Origin: Bacteroidia bacterium
Lineage (GTDB): Bacteria > Bacteroidota > Bacteroidia > Flavobacteriales > Flavobacteriaceae
Assembly: GCA_030428865.1 (NCBI GenBank)
Contig: JAUIEK010000009.1
Coordinates: 4,876 to 68,875 of the forward strand
Direction of reading: 5' to 3'
DNA length: 64,000 bases
Position numbers and translations under genes: made by a program
Part shown: positions 47,067-58,576 of the stretch, piece by piece
Layout: each line of letters begins with the position of its first letter
Position numbering within the stretch: the stretch's first letter is position 1
The notes under the pieces: generated by a model
The model's database searches: none
Told to the model about the DNA's origin: nothing
What the model saw: only the letters and a program-made list of their open reading frames with translations

Positions 47067-47695
47067 TGAAAGTAGCAGTTTTAGACATTAACGGAAAAGA
47101 TACTGGGAGAAAAGTAGAACTTTCTAAAGAAGTATTTGAAATAGAGCCTAATAATCATGCTATTTATTTAGATGTAAAGCAATACTTGGCAAATCAAAGA
47201 CAAGGAACGCATAAATCTAAAGAAAGAGCAGAGATTACAGGAAGTACAAGAAAAATTAAAAAACAAAAAGGAACGGGTACTGCACGTGCTGGTAGTATAA
47301 AGTCTCCTGTTTTTAGAGGTGGAGGTCGAATTTTTGGACCAAGACCTAGAAATTATTCTTTTAAATTGAATAAAAACTTAAAGCGTTTAGCGCGTAAGTC
47401 AGCTTTAAGTATTCAGGCAAAAGAGAACAATTTAGTGGTAATTGAAGATTTTAATTTTGAAGCACCAAAAACAAAGAATTTTATCAATGTCTTAAAGGCT
47501 TTAGAGTTAGATTCTAAAAAGTCACTGTTTGTCTTGGGAACGTCAAATAATAACGTATATTTGTCGTCGCGAAATTTAAAGAGTTCTAAAGTTGTAAACT
47601 CATCAGAATTAAGCACTTATGGTATTTTAAATGCTAATAAAATTGTTTTATCAGAGAGTTCTTTAGAAGGGATTAATAAGAATTTAAGTAAGTAG
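47066..47695 (+). CDS. rplD: 50S ribosomal protein L4
   Basis: uL4 sequence in the expected operon order. Confidence 0.95.
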   Translation: MKVAVLDINGKDTGRKVELSKEVFEIEPNNHAIYLDVKQYLANQRQGTHKSKERAEITGSTRKIKKQKGTGTARAGSIKSPVFRGGGRIFGPRPRNYSFKLNKNLKRLARKSALSIQAKENNLVVIEDFNFEAPKTKNFINVLKALELDSKKSLFVLGTSNNNVYLSSRNLKSSKVVNSSELSTYGILNANKIVLSESSLEGINKNLSK

Positions 47696-47697
47696 GG

Positions 47698-47988
47698 ATG
47701 AGTATTTTAGTAAAACCTATTATTACGGAAAAAGCGACAAATGATAGTGAGTTAAATAACCGCTATACTTTTGTTGTAGATAAAAAAGCTAATAAAGTTG
47801 AAATTAAAGATGCTGTAGAAACAGCTTATGGAGTTTCAATTTTAAGTGTAAAGACAATGAACTATCCAATTAAAAGAAGTACAAAGTATACTAAAAAAGG
47901 TTTAGTATCGGGTGCTAAAAGTGGATATAAAAAAGCTGTCGTTCAGTTAGCTGAAGGAGAAAGTATTGATTTTTATAACAATCTGTAA
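47698..47988 (+). CDS. rplW: 50S ribosomal protein L23
   Basis: uL23 sequence in the expected operon order. Confidence 0.95.
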   Translation: MSILVKPIITEKATNDSELNNRYTFVVDKKANKVEIKDAVETAYGVSILSVKTMNYPIKRSTKYTKKGLVSGAKSGYKKAVVQLAEGESIDFYNNL

Positions 47989-47999
47989 GAAAAGACGAA

Positions 48000-48824
48000 A
48001 TGTCAGTTAGAAAATTAAAACCAATAACACCAGGTCAGCGTTTTAGAGTTGTAAATGGGTTCGACACCATAACAACTGATAAGCCGGAGAAAAGTTTGTT
48101 AGCTCCGAAAAAAAGATCTGGAGGTCGAAACAATCAGGGAAGAATGACTACGCGTAATATCGGTGGTGGTCATAAACAAAAATACCGTGTTATCGATTTT
48201 AAAAGAGATAAAAATGGTGTTCCTGCTACAGTTAAAACTATTGAGTACGACCCAAATCGTACTGCATTTATTGCTTTAGTAGTTTATGCTGATGGAGAAA
48301 AGCGTTATGTAATTGCGCAAAATGGATTAAAAGTAGGTCAAACTATTGTTTCTGGTTCTGGATCAGCACCAGAGATAGGAAATACAATGCCATTAAGTGA
48401 AATTCCTTTAGGAACAACTATTTCTTGTATAGAATTACGTCCAGGGCAAGGGGCAGTAATGGCTCGTTCCGCAGGTTCATTTGCTCAGTTGATGGCGAGA
48501 GATGGTAAGTATGCAACTGTAAAATTGCCTTCAGGTGAAACAAGATTAATCTTGTTAACGTGTATGGCTACAATAGGAGTTGTATCAAACTCAGATCATC
48601 AATTATTAGTATCTGGTAAAGCAGGTAGAAGTAGATGGTTGGGTAGAAGACCAAGAACAAGAGCTGTTGTAATGAACCCTGTAGATCACCCAATGGGAGG
48701 TGGTGAAGGTCGTTCTTCAGGAGGTCATCCAAGATCAAGAAATGGTATTCCTGCAAAAGGATACAAAACGAGATCTAAGACTAAGGCTAGTAATAAATAT
48801 ATTATCGAACGTAGAAAGAAATAA
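48000..48824 (+). CDS. rplB: 50S ribosomal protein L2
   Basis: uL2 sequence ([21 protein letters not shown]). Confidence 0.97.
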   Translation: MSVRKLKPITPGQRFRVVNGFDTITTDKPEKSLLAPKKRSGGRNNQGRMTTRNIGGGHKQKYRVIDFKRDKNGVPATVKTIEYDPNRTAFIALVVYADGEKRYVIAQNGLKVGQTIVSGSGSAPEIGNTMPLSEIPLGTTISCIELRPGQGAVMARSAGSFAQLMARDGKYATVKLPSGETRLILLTCMATIGVVSNSDHQLLVSGKAGRSRWLGRRPRTRAVVMNPVDHPMGGGEGRSSGGHPRSRNGIPAKGYKTRSKTKASNKYIIERRKK

Positions 48825-48830
48825 GAAATC

Positions 48831-49109
48831 ATGGCAAGATCATTAAAAAAAGGACCTTACGTTCATTATAAATTAGAAAGAAAAGTATTGGCTAATGTAG
48901 AGTCGGGTAAAAAGTCAGTAATTAAAACTTGGTCTAGAGCAAGTATGATTACACCTGATTTTGTAGGTCAAACGATTGCAGTGCATAATGGTCGTCAATT
49001 TGTACCTGTTTATGTAACTGAGAATATGGTAGGTCATAAGTTAGGCGAATTTTCACCAACACGTTCATTCCGTGGGCATGCAGGTGCAAAAAATAAAGGA
49101 AAAAAATAA
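48831..49109 (+). CDS. rpsS: 30S ribosomal protein S19
   Basis: uS19 sequence (MARSLKKGP...). Confidence 0.97.
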   Translation: MARSLKKGPYVHYKLERKVLANVESGKKSVIKTWSRASMITPDFVGQTIAVHNGRQFVPVYVTENMVGHKLGEFSPTRSFRGHAGAKNKGKK

Positions 49110-49116
49110 GTAGGTT

Positions 49117-49521
49117 ATGGGAAGTCGTAAACACAACATGGCACAACAGTTAAAAGAAGCTAGAAAACAACGTGTTTTTGCTAAGCTAACTAACTGTCCT
49201 ACGTCACCAAGAAAGATGCGTTTGGTAGCAGATCAAGTAAGAGGAGTAGAGGTGGAAAAAGCACTACAAATTTTAAAGTTCAGTCCAAAAGAAGCTTCTA
49301 GAAATTTGGAAAAGTTATTGATGTCTGCTATCGCAAATTGGCAAGCTAAAAATGAAGATGCAAGTATTGAAAATGCTGGATTATTTGTGAAGTCTATTTG
49401 TGTAGATAGCGCAGGAATGTTAAAGAGATTAAGACCTGCTCCACAAGGACGTGCGCATAGAATTCGTAAGCGTTCTAATCACGTTACAATAGAGTTGGGA
49501 GCAAAAAACATGAGTAATTAA
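49117..49521 (+). CDS. rplV: 50S ribosomal protein L22
   Basis: uL22 sequence in the expected operon order. Confidence 0.95.
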   Translation: MGSRKHNMAQQLKEARKQRVFAKLTNCPTSPRKMRLVADQVRGVEVEKALQILKFSPKEASRNLEKLLMSAIANWQAKNEDASIENAGLFVKSICVDSAGMLKRLRPAPQGRAHRIRKRSNHVTIELGAKNMSN

Positions 49522-49535
49522 TATCATTAGTAGAG

Positions 49536-50255
49536 ATGGGACAAAAAACGAATCCAATAGGAAACCGATTAGGAATTATCAGAGGATGGGAATCTAACTG
49601 GTACGGAGGAAGAAACTACGGTGATAAAATTGCTGAAGATGATAAGATAAGAAAGTATATTGATGCTAGATTATCAAAAGCAAGTGTTTCTCGAATCATT
49701 ATTGAGCGTACACTTAAACTTGTAACCGTTACTATCACTACAGCGCGTCCTGGTATCATCATTGGTAAAGGAGGTCAAGAGGTAGACAAGTTAAAGGAAG
49801 AGCTTAAAAAGATTACAGGAAAGGAAGTTCAAATTAATATTTTTGAGATTAAGCGACCAGAACTAGATGCCAAGTTAGTTGCAGCGAGTATTGCTCGTCA
49901 AATTGAAAATAGAATTTCTTACAAGAGAGCGATTAAGATGGCTATTGCAGCTGCTATGCGTATGAATGCAGAGGGAATTAAAGTTCAAATTTCAGGTCGT
50001 TTAAACGGTGCAGAAATGGCACGTTCAGAGCATTATAAAGAAGGAAGAATACCTCTTTCTACTTTTAGAGCAGATATTGATTATTCACTTGTTGAAGCAC
50101 ATACTACATACGGAAGACTTGGTGTGAAAGTATGGATTATGAAAGGTGAGGTTTATGGGAAGAGAGAATTATCTCCGCTAGTAGGACTATCTAAGAAACA
50201 AGGTAGCAATAAAGGAGGAGGTAATAACAAACGTCAACCTCGTAGAAGAAAATAA
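49536..50255 (+). CDS. rpsC: 30S ribosomal protein S3
   Basis: uS3 sequence ([13 protein letters not shown]...). Confidence 0.97.
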   Translation: MGQKTNPIGNRLGIIRGWESNWYGGRNYGDKIAEDDKIRKYIDARLSKASVSRIIIERTLKLVTVTITTARPGIIIGKGGQEVDKLKEELKKITGKEVQINIFEIKRPELDAKLVAASIARQIENRISYKRAIKMAIAAAMRMNAEGIKVQISGRLNGAEMARSEHYKEGRIPLSTFRADIDYSLVEAHTTYGRLGVKVWIMKGEVYGKRELSPLVGLSKKQGSNKGGGNNKRQPRRRK

Positions 50256-50278
50256 TTTTTAAAAATTAGAAATTAAAG

Positions 50279-50710
50279 ATGTTACAGCCAAAAAGAGTAA
50301 AATACCGTAAGGTACAGAAGGCGAAAGGAAATATGAATGGTAATTCGGGTAGAGGACACCGACTTTCTAACGGAATGTTTGGTATTAAGTCTCTAGACCA
50401 AAACCTACTTACCTCTCGTCAGATTGAAGCAGCTCGTATTGCGGCAACTCGTTATATGAAAAGAGAAGGGCAACTTTGGATTAAAATTTTCCCAGACAAA
50501 CCAATAACTAGAAAGCCACTAGAGGTTCGTATGGGTAAAGGTAAAGGAGCTCCAGATCATTTTGTAGCTGTTGTAAAACCAGGTAGAATTTTGTTTGAGG
50601 TTGGTGGTGTGCCAATGGATATAGCAAAAGAAGCATTGCGTTTAGCAGCACAAAAACTTCCTGTTAAAACGAAGTTTGTGATTGCAAGAGATTTTGATTA
50701 TAACGCTTAA
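50279..50710 (+). CDS. rplP: 50S ribosomal protein L16
   Basis: uL16 sequence ([11 protein letters not shown]...). Confidence 0.97.
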   Translation: MLQPKRVKYRKVQKAKGNMNGNSGRGHRLSNGMFGIKSLDQNLLTSRQIEAARIAATRYMKREGQLWIKIFPDKPITRKPLEVRMGKGKGAPDHFVAVVKPGRILFEVGGVPMDIAKEALRLAAQKLPVKTKFVIARDFDYNA

Positions 50711-50720
50711 TTCTAAAATT

Positions 50721-50912
50721 ATGAAACAATCAGAAATTAAAGAATTATCAACGGCTGATTTACAAGAGAAACTTGGAGCGTTGCAAAAAGATTACACAGA
50801 TCTTAAGATGGCGCATGCTATAACTCCATTGGAAAATCCTTTGCAGTTGAGAACGTTGAGAAGAACTGTAGCAAGACTTGCAACAGAATTAACCAAAAGA
50901 GAATTACAATAA
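50721..50912 (+). CDS. rpmC: 50S ribosomal protein L29
   Basis: uL29 sequence starting MKQSEIKELS. The track ORF from 50682 would overlap rplP, so I trimmed it to the internal ATG. Confidence 0.9.
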   Translation: MKQSEIKELSTADLQEKLGALQKDYTDLKMAHAITPLENPLQLRTLRRTVARLATELTKRELQ

Positions 50913-50931
50913 TTCTAAGTCAGTTTAAAAG

Positions 50932-51189
50932 ATGGAAAACAGAAATCTTAGAAAAGAAAGAATAGGTGTTGTTTCTAGCAATAAAATGGAGAAATCTATT
51001 GTTGTTTCAGAAGTAAAAAGAGTAAAACACCCAATGTACGGTAAATTCGTATTAAAAACGAAAAAGTATGTTGCTCATGACGAAAAGAATGATTGCAACA
51101 TTGGAGATACTGTAAAGATCATGGAAACAAGACCTTTAAGTAAATCGAAACGTTGGAGATTAGTAGAAATCCTAGAAAGAGCTAAATAA
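50932..51189 (+). CDS. rpsQ: 30S ribosomal protein S17
   Basis: uS17 sequence in the expected operon order. Confidence 0.95.
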   Translation: MENRNLRKERIGVVSSNKMEKSIVVSEVKRVKHPMYGKFVLKTKKYVAHDEKNDCNIGDTVKIMETRPLSKSKRWRLVEILERAK

Positions 51190-51191
51190 TT

Positions 51192-51560
51192 ATGTTACAG
51201 ACAGAATCAAGATTAAAAGTAGCAGACAATACGGGAGCAAAAGAAGTTCTTGTAATTAGAGTTTTAGGTGGAACTAAAAAACGATATGCCAGCGTTGGAG
51301 ATAAAATTGTTGTAACGGTTAAGTCTGCAACTCCAAACGGAACTGTAAAAAAAGGTCAGGTGTCAAGAGCCGTAGTTGTTCGTACGAAAAAAGAAGTAAG
51401 ACGTAAAGACGGATCTTATATTAGATTTGATGATAATGCATGTGTTCTTTTAAATCCTACAGAGGAAATGAGAGGAACTCGTGTGTTTGGTCCTGTTGCT
51501 CGTGAGTTACGAGAAAAGCAGTTTATGAAAATAGTATCATTAGCACCTGAGGTGCTTTAA
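51192..51560 (+). CDS. rplN: 50S ribosomal protein L14
   Basis: uL14 sequence ([17 protein letters not shown]...). Confidence 0.97.
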   Translation: MLQTESRLKVADNTGAKEVLVIRVLGGTKKRYASVGDKIVVTVKSATPNGTVKKGQVSRAVVVRTKKEVRRKDGSYIRFDDNACVLLNPTEEMRGTRVFGPVARELREKQFMKIVSLAPEVL

Positions 51561-51571
51561 AATTAAAGACC

Positions 51572-51880
51572 ATGACAAAGTTTAAAATTAAAGTAGGAGA
51601 TACTGTTAAAGTAATCGCAGGAGATAACAAAGGGTCTGAAGGAAAAGTTTTACAAATCCTTAGAGATAAAAACAGAGCAATTGTAGAAGGTGTAAATATG
51701 GTTTCTAAACACACGAAGCCAAGTGCTCAAAATCCGCAAGGAGGAATTGTAAAAAAAGAGGCTTCTATTCACATTTCAAACTTATCACTATCAGAAAGTG
51801 GTGATGCGGTAAGAGTGGGTTATAGAATGGAAGAAGATAAAAAAGTAAGATTTTCAAAGAAATCAGAAAAAGCAATATAA
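51572..51880 (+). CDS. rplX: 50S ribosomal protein L24
   Basis: uL24 KOW-domain sequence in the expected operon order. Confidence 0.95.
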   Translation: MTKFKIKVGDTVKVIAGDNKGSEGKVLQILRDKNRAIVEGVNMVSKHTKPSAQNPQGGIVKKEASIHISNLSLSESGDAVRVGYRMEEDKKVRFSKKSEKAI

Positions 51881-51882
51881 TC

Positions 51883-52434
51883 ATGAGTTACGTGCCAAGA
51901 TTAAAAGCAGAATATAAAGAAAGAGTTATAAAGGCTCTTACTGATGAATATAGCTATAGTAACGTTATGCAAGTGCCTAAACTACAGAAAATAGTTGTTA
52001 GTAAGGGTGTTGGAGCTGCTATTGCAGATAAGAAGTTAATTGACTATGCGGTAGAAGAGTTAGCAGCAATTACAGGTCAAAAGCCAATTTCAACTTTGTC
52101 TAAAAAAGACGTAGCTTCTTTCAAATTGCGTAAAGGAATGCCTATTGGCGTTAAAGTTACGTTACGAGGAGATAAAATGTACGAGTTTTTAGATAGACTA
52201 ATAACGGCTTCTTTACCTCGTGTAAGAGATTTTAACGGAATTAAAGCTAACGGATTTGATGGTAGAGGTAATTATAACTTAGGAATTACTGAGCAAATTA
52301 TCTTTCCAGAGATCAATATTGACAAAGTGAAAAAAATCAATGGTATGGATATTACTTTTGTAACATCTGCAAATACTGATAAGGAAGCGAAGTCATTATT
52401 AGAAGAATTAGGATTACCATTCAAAAAAAATTAA
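51883..52434 (+). CDS. rplE: 50S ribosomal protein L5
   Basis: uL5 sequence in the expected operon order. Confidence 0.97.
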   Translation: MSYVPRLKAEYKERVIKALTDEYSYSNVMQVPKLQKIVVSKGVGAAIADKKLIDYAVEELAAITGQKPISTLSKKDVASFKLRKGMPIGVKVTLRGDKMYEFLDRLITASLPRVRDFNGIKANGFDGRGNYNLGITEQIIFPEINIDKVKKINGMDITFVTSANTDKEAKSLLEELGLPFKKN

Positions 52435-52437
52435 GAG

Positions 52438-52707
52438 ATGGCTAAAGAATCAATGAAAGCCCGTGAGGTTAAAAGAGCAAAAATGGTTGCTAAGTATGCT
52501 GAAAAAAGAAAAGCTTTAAAAGAAGCTGGAGATTATGAAGCGTTACAGAAGTTGCCAAAAAATGCTTCACCTGTTAGAATGCACAATCGTTGTAAATTAA
52601 CAGGAAGACCAAAAGGGTATATGCGTCAATTCGGAATTTCTCGTGTGACTTTCCGTGAGATGGCAAATCAAGGATTGATACCAGGAGTTAAAAAAGCAAG
52701 CTGGTAA
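52438..52707 (+). CDS. rpsN: 30S ribosomal protein S14 (long, zinc-independent form)
   Basis: uS14 sequence, 89 aa, with a single Cys and no CxxC pairs. Confidence 0.95.
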   Translation: MAKESMKAREVKRAKMVAKYAEKRKALKEAGDYEALQKLPKNASPVRMHNRCKLTGRPKGYMRQFGISRVTFREMANQGLIPGVKKASW

Positions 52708-52801
52708 AAAAAGAATTATTAATTGATTTTAGGTTTAATTGTCACAGAGAAATCTGTAGGTAAATAGAGGCAGTTAAAAACCGAAATCGCAAACTAGTTA
52801 T

Positions 52802-53200
52802 ATGTATACAGATCCAATCGCAGATTTTCTAACTAGAGTTAGAAACGCAATCGGTGCAGGACACAGAGTTGTTGAAATTCCAGCTTCAAATTTGAAGAAG
52901 GAAATGACAAAGATTTTGTTTGATCAAGGGTATATTTTAAGCTATCAATTTAAAAATGATACTGTACAAGGTACCATTAAAATAGCTTTAAAATATGACA
53001 CTGACACAAAAGAATCGGTTATTAGAAAGATTCAAAGAATCAGTACACCAGGTTTACGTAAGTACGTTAGCTCAAAAGAAATGCCTAGAGTATTAAACGG
53101 ACTTGGAATTGCTATTGTATCAACATCAAAAGGCGTGATGACTAATAAGAAAGCACGTCAAGAAAATGTTGGAGGAGAAGTTTTATGTTACGTTTATTAA
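52802..53200 (+). CDS. rpsH: 30S ribosomal protein S8
   Basis: uS8 sequence ([13 protein letters not shown]...). Confidence 0.97.
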   Translation: MYTDPIADFLTRVRNAIGAGHRVVEIPASNLKKEMTKILFDQGYILSYQFKNDTVQGTIKIALKYDTDTKESVIRKIQRISTPGLRKYVSSKEMPRVLNGLGIAIVSTSKGVMTNKKARQENVGGEVLCYVY

Positions 53201-53212
53201 AAAGTTGTTGAA

Positions 53213-53758
53213 ATGAGTAGAATAGGAAACAACCCAATTAACATCCCACAAGGTGTAGAAGTTAATGTAAACGATAATGTAGTTACAGTAAAAGGTAAAT
53301 TAGGAGAATTATCACAAGAAATCTCTGATGCTGTAACAATTAAGATAGAAGAAGGAAGCCTAACTATAGAAAGAGCTTCTGATAGTAAACCACACAAAGC
53401 GCAACACGGTTTGTACAGATCATTAATCAGTAACATGGTTGAAGGTGTTAGCAAAGGTTTTACCAAAGAGTTAGAGTTGGTAGGTGTAGGTTACAGAGCC
53501 TCTAATCAAGGACAAAAACTTGATTTAGCAATTGGATTTTCTCATAATATTGTTATAGAATTAGCACCAGAAGTTAAGGTGGAAACTATTTCTGAAAAAG
53601 GGAAAAACCCAATCGTAAAACTTACTTCTCATGATAAACAATTAGTAGGTCAAGTTGCGGCAAAGATTCGTTCTTTCCGTAAACCAGAGCCGTACAAAGG
53701 AAAGGGAATTAAGTTTGTAGGTGAACAAATTAGAAGAAAAGCAGGTAAATCTGCATAA
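53213..53758 (+). CDS. rplF: 50S ribosomal protein L6
   Basis: uL6 sequence (MSRIGNNPI...). Confidence 0.97.
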   Translation: MSRIGNNPINIPQGVEVNVNDNVVTVKGKLGELSQEISDAVTIKIEEGSLTIERASDSKPHKAQHGLYRSLISNMVEGVSKGFTKELELVGVGYRASNQGQKLDLAIGFSHNIVIELAPEVKVETISEKGKNPIVKLTSHDKQLVGQVAAKIRSFRKPEPYKGKGIKFVGEQIRRKAGKSA

Positions 53759-53770
53759 TTGAATTGAGTT

Positions 53771-54121
53771 ATGGCATTATCTAAGCTAGAAAGAAGACAA
53801 CGTATTAAGCATAGAATCAGAAAAATTGTTTCGGGCACAGCAACCAAACCAAGGTTAACGGTTTTTAGAAGCAACAAAGAGATTTATGCTCAGTTAGTAG
53901 ACGACGTAAATGGTGTTACAATTGCATCTGCATCGTCTAGAGATAAAGAAATTAAAGCAAGTACAAAACAAGAAGCCGCTGTTGCAGTTGGTAAAGCAAT
54001 TGCAGAGAAAGGAGCGAAAGCTGGAGTAGAAACTGTAGCCTTTGATAGAAATGGATATTTATATCATGGTAGAGTAAAAGCTTTAGCAGATGCTGCAAGA
54101 GAAGCTGGTTTAAAATTTTAA
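53771..54121 (+). CDS. rplR: 50S ribosomal protein L18
   Basis: uL18 sequence in the expected operon order. Confidence 0.95.
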   Translation: MALSKLERRQRIKHRIRKIVSGTATKPRLTVFRSNKEIYAQLVDDVNGVTIASASSRDKEIKASTKQEAAVAVGKAIAEKGAKAGVETVAFDRNGYLYHGRVKALADAAREAGLKF

Positions 54122-54132
54122 TTCGGATTAAT

Positions 54133-54657
54133 ATGTATCATAAATATAAAAACGTAGAAAGAGTTAAACCAAGTGGATTAGAGCTTGTTGATAGACTTGT
54201 TGGTGTACAACGTGTAACAAAAGTAACAAAAGGAGGTAGAGCGTTTGGTTTTTCTGCTATTGTTGTTGTAGGAGATGGTAATGGAGTAGTAGGACATGGT
54301 TTAGGAAAATCTAAAGACGTTTCTTCCGCTATTGCAAAAGCAGTAGAAGACGCTAAGAAAAATTTAGTAAGAGTTCCTATTATAAATGGAACATTACCAC
54401 ATGAACAAAAAGGTAAGTTTGGAGGAGCAAAAGTTTTTATCAAGCCAGCCTCAAGTGGTACCGGAGTTATCGCAGGTGGAGCCGTTCGTGCGGTTCTAGA
54501 ATCTGTTGGAGTACACGATGTTTTATCAAAATCTCAAGGATCTTCAAACCCTCACAATGTAGTAAAAGCTACTTTTGATGCATTATTGCGATTAAGAAGT
54601 GCTGCTACAATTGCGAAGCAAAGAGGAGTTTCTTTAGAGAAAGTATTTAACGGTTAA
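54133..54657 (+). CDS. rpsE: 30S ribosomal protein S5
   Basis: uS5 sequence in the expected operon order. Confidence 0.97.
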   Translation: MYHKYKNVERVKPSGLELVDRLVGVQRVTKVTKGGRAFGFSAIVVVGDGNGVVGHGLGKSKDVSSAIAKAVEDAKKNLVRVPIINGTLPHEQKGKFGGAKVFIKPASSGTGVIAGGAVRAVLESVGVHDVLSKSQGSSNPHNVVKATFDALLRLRSAATIAKQRGVSLEKVFNG

Positions 54658-54667
54658 ATCTAACACG

Positions 54668-54847
54668 ATGGCAAAAATTAGAGTAAAGCAAGTAAAAAGT
54701 CAAATCGGTCGCCTTCAAAATCAAAAAAGAACATTAGAGGCATTAGGTTTACGTAAAATGAACCAAGTTGTAGAGCATGAAGCTACTCCACAAATTCTTG
54801 GTATGGTAAATAAAGTGAAACACTTAGTTTCTGTAGAAGAAATTTAA
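54668..54847 (+). CDS. rpmD: 50S ribosomal protein L30
   Basis: Translated by hand; it falls below the track cutoff. MAKIRVKQVKSQIGRLQNQKRTLEALGLRKMNQVVEHEATPQILGMVNKVKHLVSVEEI (59 aa). It sits in the expected position between rpsE and rplO. Confidence 0.9.
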   Translation: MAKIRVKQVKSQIGRLQNQKRTLEALGLRKMNQVVEHEATPQILGMVNKVKHLVSVEEI

Positions 54848-54861
54848 TATAAGATATTACG

Positions 54862-55311
54862 ATGAGTTTACATAACTTAAAACCAGCAGAAGGATCTGTA
54901 AAAAACGGGAAACGAATCGCAAGAGGAGAAGGCTCTGGTAAAGGTGGTACAGCTACTAGAGGTCATAAAGGAGCTCAATCTCGTTCAGGTTATTCTAGAA
55001 AAGTTGGATTTGAAGGAGGGCAAATGCCACTTCAAAGACGTGTGCCTAAGTTCGGTTTCAAAAATAGAAATCGTAAAGAATACGTTGGTATCAACTTAAG
55101 CAAACTTCAAACTTTAGTAGAAAACGGAAAAGTTACAGATACAGTTACCCTAGATATTTTAGTAGAAAATAAGTTAGTAGGTAAAAATGATCTAGTTAAG
55201 ATTTTAGGTGGAGGTGAATTAAAAACTAAATTAACTATAACTGTACACAAATTTACTGCTACTGCTAAAGCAGCTATTGAAGCAGCAGGTGGTGAAGCTG
55301 TAACTTTATAA
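54862..55311 (+). CDS. rplO: 50S ribosomal protein L15
   Basis: uL15 sequence in the expected operon order. Confidence 0.95.
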   Translation: MSLHNLKPAEGSVKNGKRIARGEGSGKGGTATRGHKGAQSRSGYSRKVGFEGGQMPLQRRVPKFGFKNRNRKEYVGINLSKLQTLVENGKVTDTVTLDILVENKLVGKNDLVKILGGGELKTKLTITVHKFTATAKAAIEAAGGEAVTL

Positions 55312-55321
55312 GATCGTGTAA

Positions 55322-56647
55322 ATGATGAAATTAATCAGCACAATAAAAGACATTTGGAAGATAGAAGAGTTAAAAAATAAAATTCTTCTTACGCTAGGTT
55401 TAATTGCAGTATATCGTTTTATGGCAGGGGTTCCTTTACCAGGAATCGATCCATTACAATTAGCTGCTTTAAAAGAAAGCACAGCAGATGGTCTTTTAGG
55501 ATTATTAAACGCATTTACAGGAGGAGCTTTTTCGAGAGCATCTATTATGGCATTAGGAATAATGCCTTACATCTCTGCCTCAATTGTAGTTCAGTTGATG
55601 CAAATTGCAGTTCCGTATTTACAGAAGTTGCAAAAAGATGGAGAAAGTGGTAGAAAGAAAATAACACAGATCACTCGTTGGTTAACAATTGCTATTACAA
55701 TGGTTCAAGGACCAACTTATATTACGGCAATTCAGTCAGGGTTTAATTTGCCAGAAGAAGCATTTTTGGTAGGCGGAGCTACTTTTTGGATATCATCTAT
55801 GATATTGTTAACAGCAGGAACAATCTTCGCTATGTGGTTGGGAGAGCGTATAACGGATAAAGGAGTTGGAAATGGAATATCATTGCTAATTACAGTAGGT
55901 ATTATTGCTAATTTTCCAGCAGCATTTTTAGGAGAAATTGTATCTAAAACGGATGGAGCTGCCGCTGGAGGTTGGATGATGATATTATTAGAAGCAATTA
56001 TCTGGTTTGTGGTTATCTTGCTAACGGTTTTCTTAGTAACTGCAGTAAGAAAAATTCCAATTCAGTATGCTAGAAGAACTGTGGCAGGAAATATTCAAAA
56101 CGTTGCAGGATCTAGAGATTATATTCCTTTAAAGTTGAATGCAGCAGGTGTTATGCCAATTATTTTTGCCCAAGCAATTATGTTTTTACCATTAGCCTTA
56201 GGACAAAGAATTCCTGCATTAGCCAGTTTAACAAATCCTAACGGATGGCAATACAATGCGATCTTTGCTCTGTTGATTATAGTATTTAGCTTTTTCTACA
56301 CAGCAATTACAGTTCGTACTGATGAAATGGCTCAAAACTTAAAAAGAAACGGAGGTTTTATTCCTGGTATTAGACCAGGAAAGGATACAGCTGATAGATT
56401 AGATTCAGTTTTGTCAAGAATTACATTCCCAGGATCATTATTCTTGGCTGCGTTATCAATTTTACCAGCAATTGTTGTACAATTTGGAGTTCAGCAAAAT
56501 TGGGCTCTTTTTTACGGGGGTACGTCATTAATTATCATGGTTGGAGTTGCAATTGACACCTTACAGCAAATTAATTCATATTTACTAAATCGTCACTACG
56601 ATGGTTTAATGAAAACAGGAACAAGTAATAGAAAATCATCTAAGTAA
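55322..56647 (+). CDS. secY: preprotein translocase subunit SecY
   Basis: 10-TM SecY sequence in the spc operon position. Confidence 0.97.
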   Translation: MMKLISTIKDIWKIEELKNKILLTLGLIAVYRFMAGVPLPGIDPLQLAALKESTADGLLGLLNAFTGGAFSRASIMALGIMPYISASIVVQLMQIAVPYLQKLQKDGESGRKKITQITRWLTIAITMVQGPTYITAIQSGFNLPEEAFLVGGATFWISSMILLTAGTIFAMWLGERITDKGVGNGISLLITVGIIANFPAAFLGEIVSKTDGAAAGGWMMILLEAIIWFVVILLTVFLVTAVRKIPIQYARRTVAGNIQNVAGSRDYIPLKLNAAGVMPIIFAQAIMFLPLALGQRIPALASLTNPNGWQYNAIFALLIIVFSFFYTAITVRTDEMAQNLKRNGGFIPGIRPGKDTADRLDSVLSRITFPGSLFLAALSILPAIVVQFGVQQNWALFYGGTSLIIMVGVAIDTLQQINSYLLNRHYDGLMKTGTSNRKSSK

Positions 56648-56651
56648 ATTT

Positions 56652-56867
56652 ATGGCTAAACAACCAGCAATTCAACAAGACGGAACTATTACAGAAGCAT
56701 TATCAAATGCTATGTTTCGAGTAGAGTTAGAGAATGGACACATTGTAACGGCTCATATCTCAGGAAAAATGCGTATGCATTATATCAAATTATTACCAGG
56801 AGATAAAGTAAAGCTAGAAATGAGTCCTTATGATTTAACAAAAGCTAGAATTACTTATAGATACTAA
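56652..56867 (+). CDS. infA: translation initiation factor IF-1
   Basis: S1-like IF-1 sequence, 71 aa. Confidence 0.97.
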   Translation: MAKQPAIQQDGTITEALSNAMFRVELENGHIVTAHISGKMRMHYIKLLPGDKVKLEMSPYDLTKARITYRY

Positions 56868-56880
56868 AAAAATAGAACTG

Positions 56881-56997
56881 ATGAAAGTAAGAGCATCAAT
56901 TAAAAAAAGAAGTGCTGACTGCAAAATTGTACGCAGAAAAGGCAGATTATATGTAATTAACAAACAGAATCCTAGATTTAAACAAAGACAAGGGTAA
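56881..56997 (+). CDS. rpmJ: 50S ribosomal protein L36 (zinc-ribbon-less type)
   Basis: Translated by hand: [38 protein letters not shown] (38 aa). It has a single Cys. Its stop overlaps the rpsM ATG (TAATG). Confidence 0.9.
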   Translation: MKVRASIKKRSADCKIVRRKGRLYVINKQNPRFKQRQG

Positions 56998-57362
56998 TGG
57001 CAAGAATAGCAGGTATAGATATCCCAAAGAATAAGAGAGGCGTTATTAGCTTAACATATATCTTTGGTGTAGGCAAAAGCAGAGCTAAAGAAATTTTAGC
57101 AAATGCTAAAGTAGAAGAGAATATCAAAGTTCAAGATTGGACAGATGCTCAAATCGCTGCAATTAGAGAACAAGTTGGAACTTATACTATAGAAGGTGAG
57201 TTGCGTTCTGAAGTTCAATTAAACATTAAGCGTTTGATGGATATTGGATGTCAGAGAGGAATTCGTCATAGACTAGGATTACCTCTTAGAGGTCAAAGAA
57301 CTAAGAACAATTCTAGAACTAGAAAAGGTAAGAGAAAAACGGTAGCTAACAAGAAAAAATAA
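56997..57362 (+). CDS. rpsM: 30S ribosomal protein S13
   Basis: uS13 sequence ([10 protein letters not shown]...). Confidence 0.97.
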   Translation: MARIAGIDIPKNKRGVISLTYIFGVGKSRAKEILANAKVEENIKVQDWTDAQIAAIREQVGTYTIEGELRSEVQLNIKRLMDIGCQRGIRHRLGLPLRGQRTKNNSRTRKGKRKTVANKKK

Positions 57363-57406
57363 GGTTAGTGGCTGATATTTTTATCAGTCTCTAAAAGAAT
57401 ACAATT

Positions 57407-57790
57407 ATGGCAAAAACAAGTTCAAAAAAGCGTAAAGTTATTGTTGATGCAGTTGGAGAAGCACACATTTCGGCTTCTTTTAACAACATTATCATCTCTT
57501 TAACGAATAAAAAAGGAGATGTAGTAGCTTGGTCATCTGCAGGTAAAATGGGTTTTAGAGGTTCTAAAAAGAACACGCCTTATGCAGCCCAATTAGCAGC
57601 AGAAGATTGTGCCTCTACAGCTCATGAAGCAGGATTACGTAAAGTAAAAGTATTTGTGAAAGGACCTGGTAATGGTAGAGAATCCGCTATTCGATCTATT
57701 CACAATGCAGGTATTGAGGTTACTGAAATTATTGATGTAACTCCTATTCCACACAATGGTTGTCGTCCGCCAAAAAGAAGACGTGTATAA
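57407..57790 (+). CDS. rpsK: 30S ribosomal protein S11
   Basis: uS11 sequence in the alpha operon order. Confidence 0.97.
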   Translation: MAKTSSKKRKVIVDAVGEAHISASFNNIIISLTNKKGDVVAWSSAGKMGFRGSKKNTPYAAQLAAEDCASTAHEAGLRKVKVFVKGPGNGRESAIRSIHNAGIEVTEIIDVTPIPHNGCRPPKRRRV

Positions 57791-57805
57791 TAAAAATTCT
57801 AATCA

Positions 57806-57856
57806 GATAGGAATCACGATTATCGAAGGAGGAAGCCTTAATTCATAATCCCTATC
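57806..57856 (+). promoter_or_regulatory. structured leader upstream of rpsD (candidate S4 autoregulatory leader)
   Basis: gatagg (57806-57811) pairs with cctatc (57851-57856). This encloses an inner aagg/cctt helix around a purine-rich loop (aggaggaag). It lies in the 80-nt rpsK-rpsD spacer. Confidence 0.35.
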
Positions 57857-57870
57857 ATAATTTAAGTAAG

Positions 57871-58476
57871 ATGGCAAGATATACAGGACCAAAAACTAAA
57901 ATTGCTCGTAAGTTTGGCGAAGCAATTTTCGGAGAAGATAAAAACTTCGAAAAAAGAAACTACCCCCCAGGACAACATGGGGCAGCAAAGAGAAGAGGTA
58001 AAAAATCTGAATATGCTGTTCAGTTAATGGAAAAGCAAAAAGCTAAGTATACGTATGGTATTCTTGAGCGTCAGTTCAGTAATTTATTTAAAAAAGCATC
58101 TCGATCAAAAGGGATTACAGGTGAGGTATTATTACAATTATGTGAATCTCGTTTAGATAATGTGGTATATCGTTTAGGTATTTCAAATTCTAGAAGGGGA
58201 GCACGCCAATTAGTTTCTCACAGACATATTACTGTTAATGGAGAAATTGTAAATATTCCATCATATTCTTTAAAAGAAGGAGATGTAGTTGCTGTAAGAG
58301 AAAAATCAAAATCATTACAAGCGATCGAAGAATCATTAACTTCTAGCAGTGCTGTATATGAGTGGTTAACTTGGAATGCAGATAAAAAAGAAGGAACGTT
58401 TGTAAAAGTGCCAGAAAGGCTACAGATTCCAGAAAACATCAAAGAACAATTAATCGTAGAGTTGTACTCTAAATAA
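57871..58476 (+). CDS. rpsD: 30S ribosomal protein S4
   Basis: uS4 sequence ([17 protein letters not shown]...). Confidence 0.97.
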   Translation: MARYTGPKTKIARKFGEAIFGEDKNFEKRNYPPGQHGAAKRRGKKSEYAVQLMEKQKAKYTYGILERQFSNLFKKASRSKGITGEVLLQLCESRLDNVVYRLGISNSRRGARQLVSHRHITVNGEIVNIPSYSLKEGDVVAVREKSKSLQAIEESLTSSSAVYEWLTWNADKKEGTFVKVPERLQIPENIKEQLIVELYSK

Positions 58477-58576
58477 TAAATTAATCATATTGGTATTTAG
58501 CCAAAGGGTCTGTTCGTATTTCTTCACACTTATAGACCGCGCAACTAAATAACAATTAAAACGAAGAAAACATAAT

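Noticed and set aside
43857-58442. Numerous 60-101-aa ORFs inside the ribosomal protein cluster, on the opposite strand or in alternative frames (e.g. 43857-44132, 43882-44136, 44294-44476, 44711-44926, 46433-46687, 47413-47616, 48568-48756, 48949-49146, 51523-51714, 53197-53466, 53650-53877, 54138-54443, 57391-57576, 58218-58442)
   Set aside because: Each overlaps an unmistakable ribosomal protein, fusA or a neighbouring gene. They are shadow ORFs.
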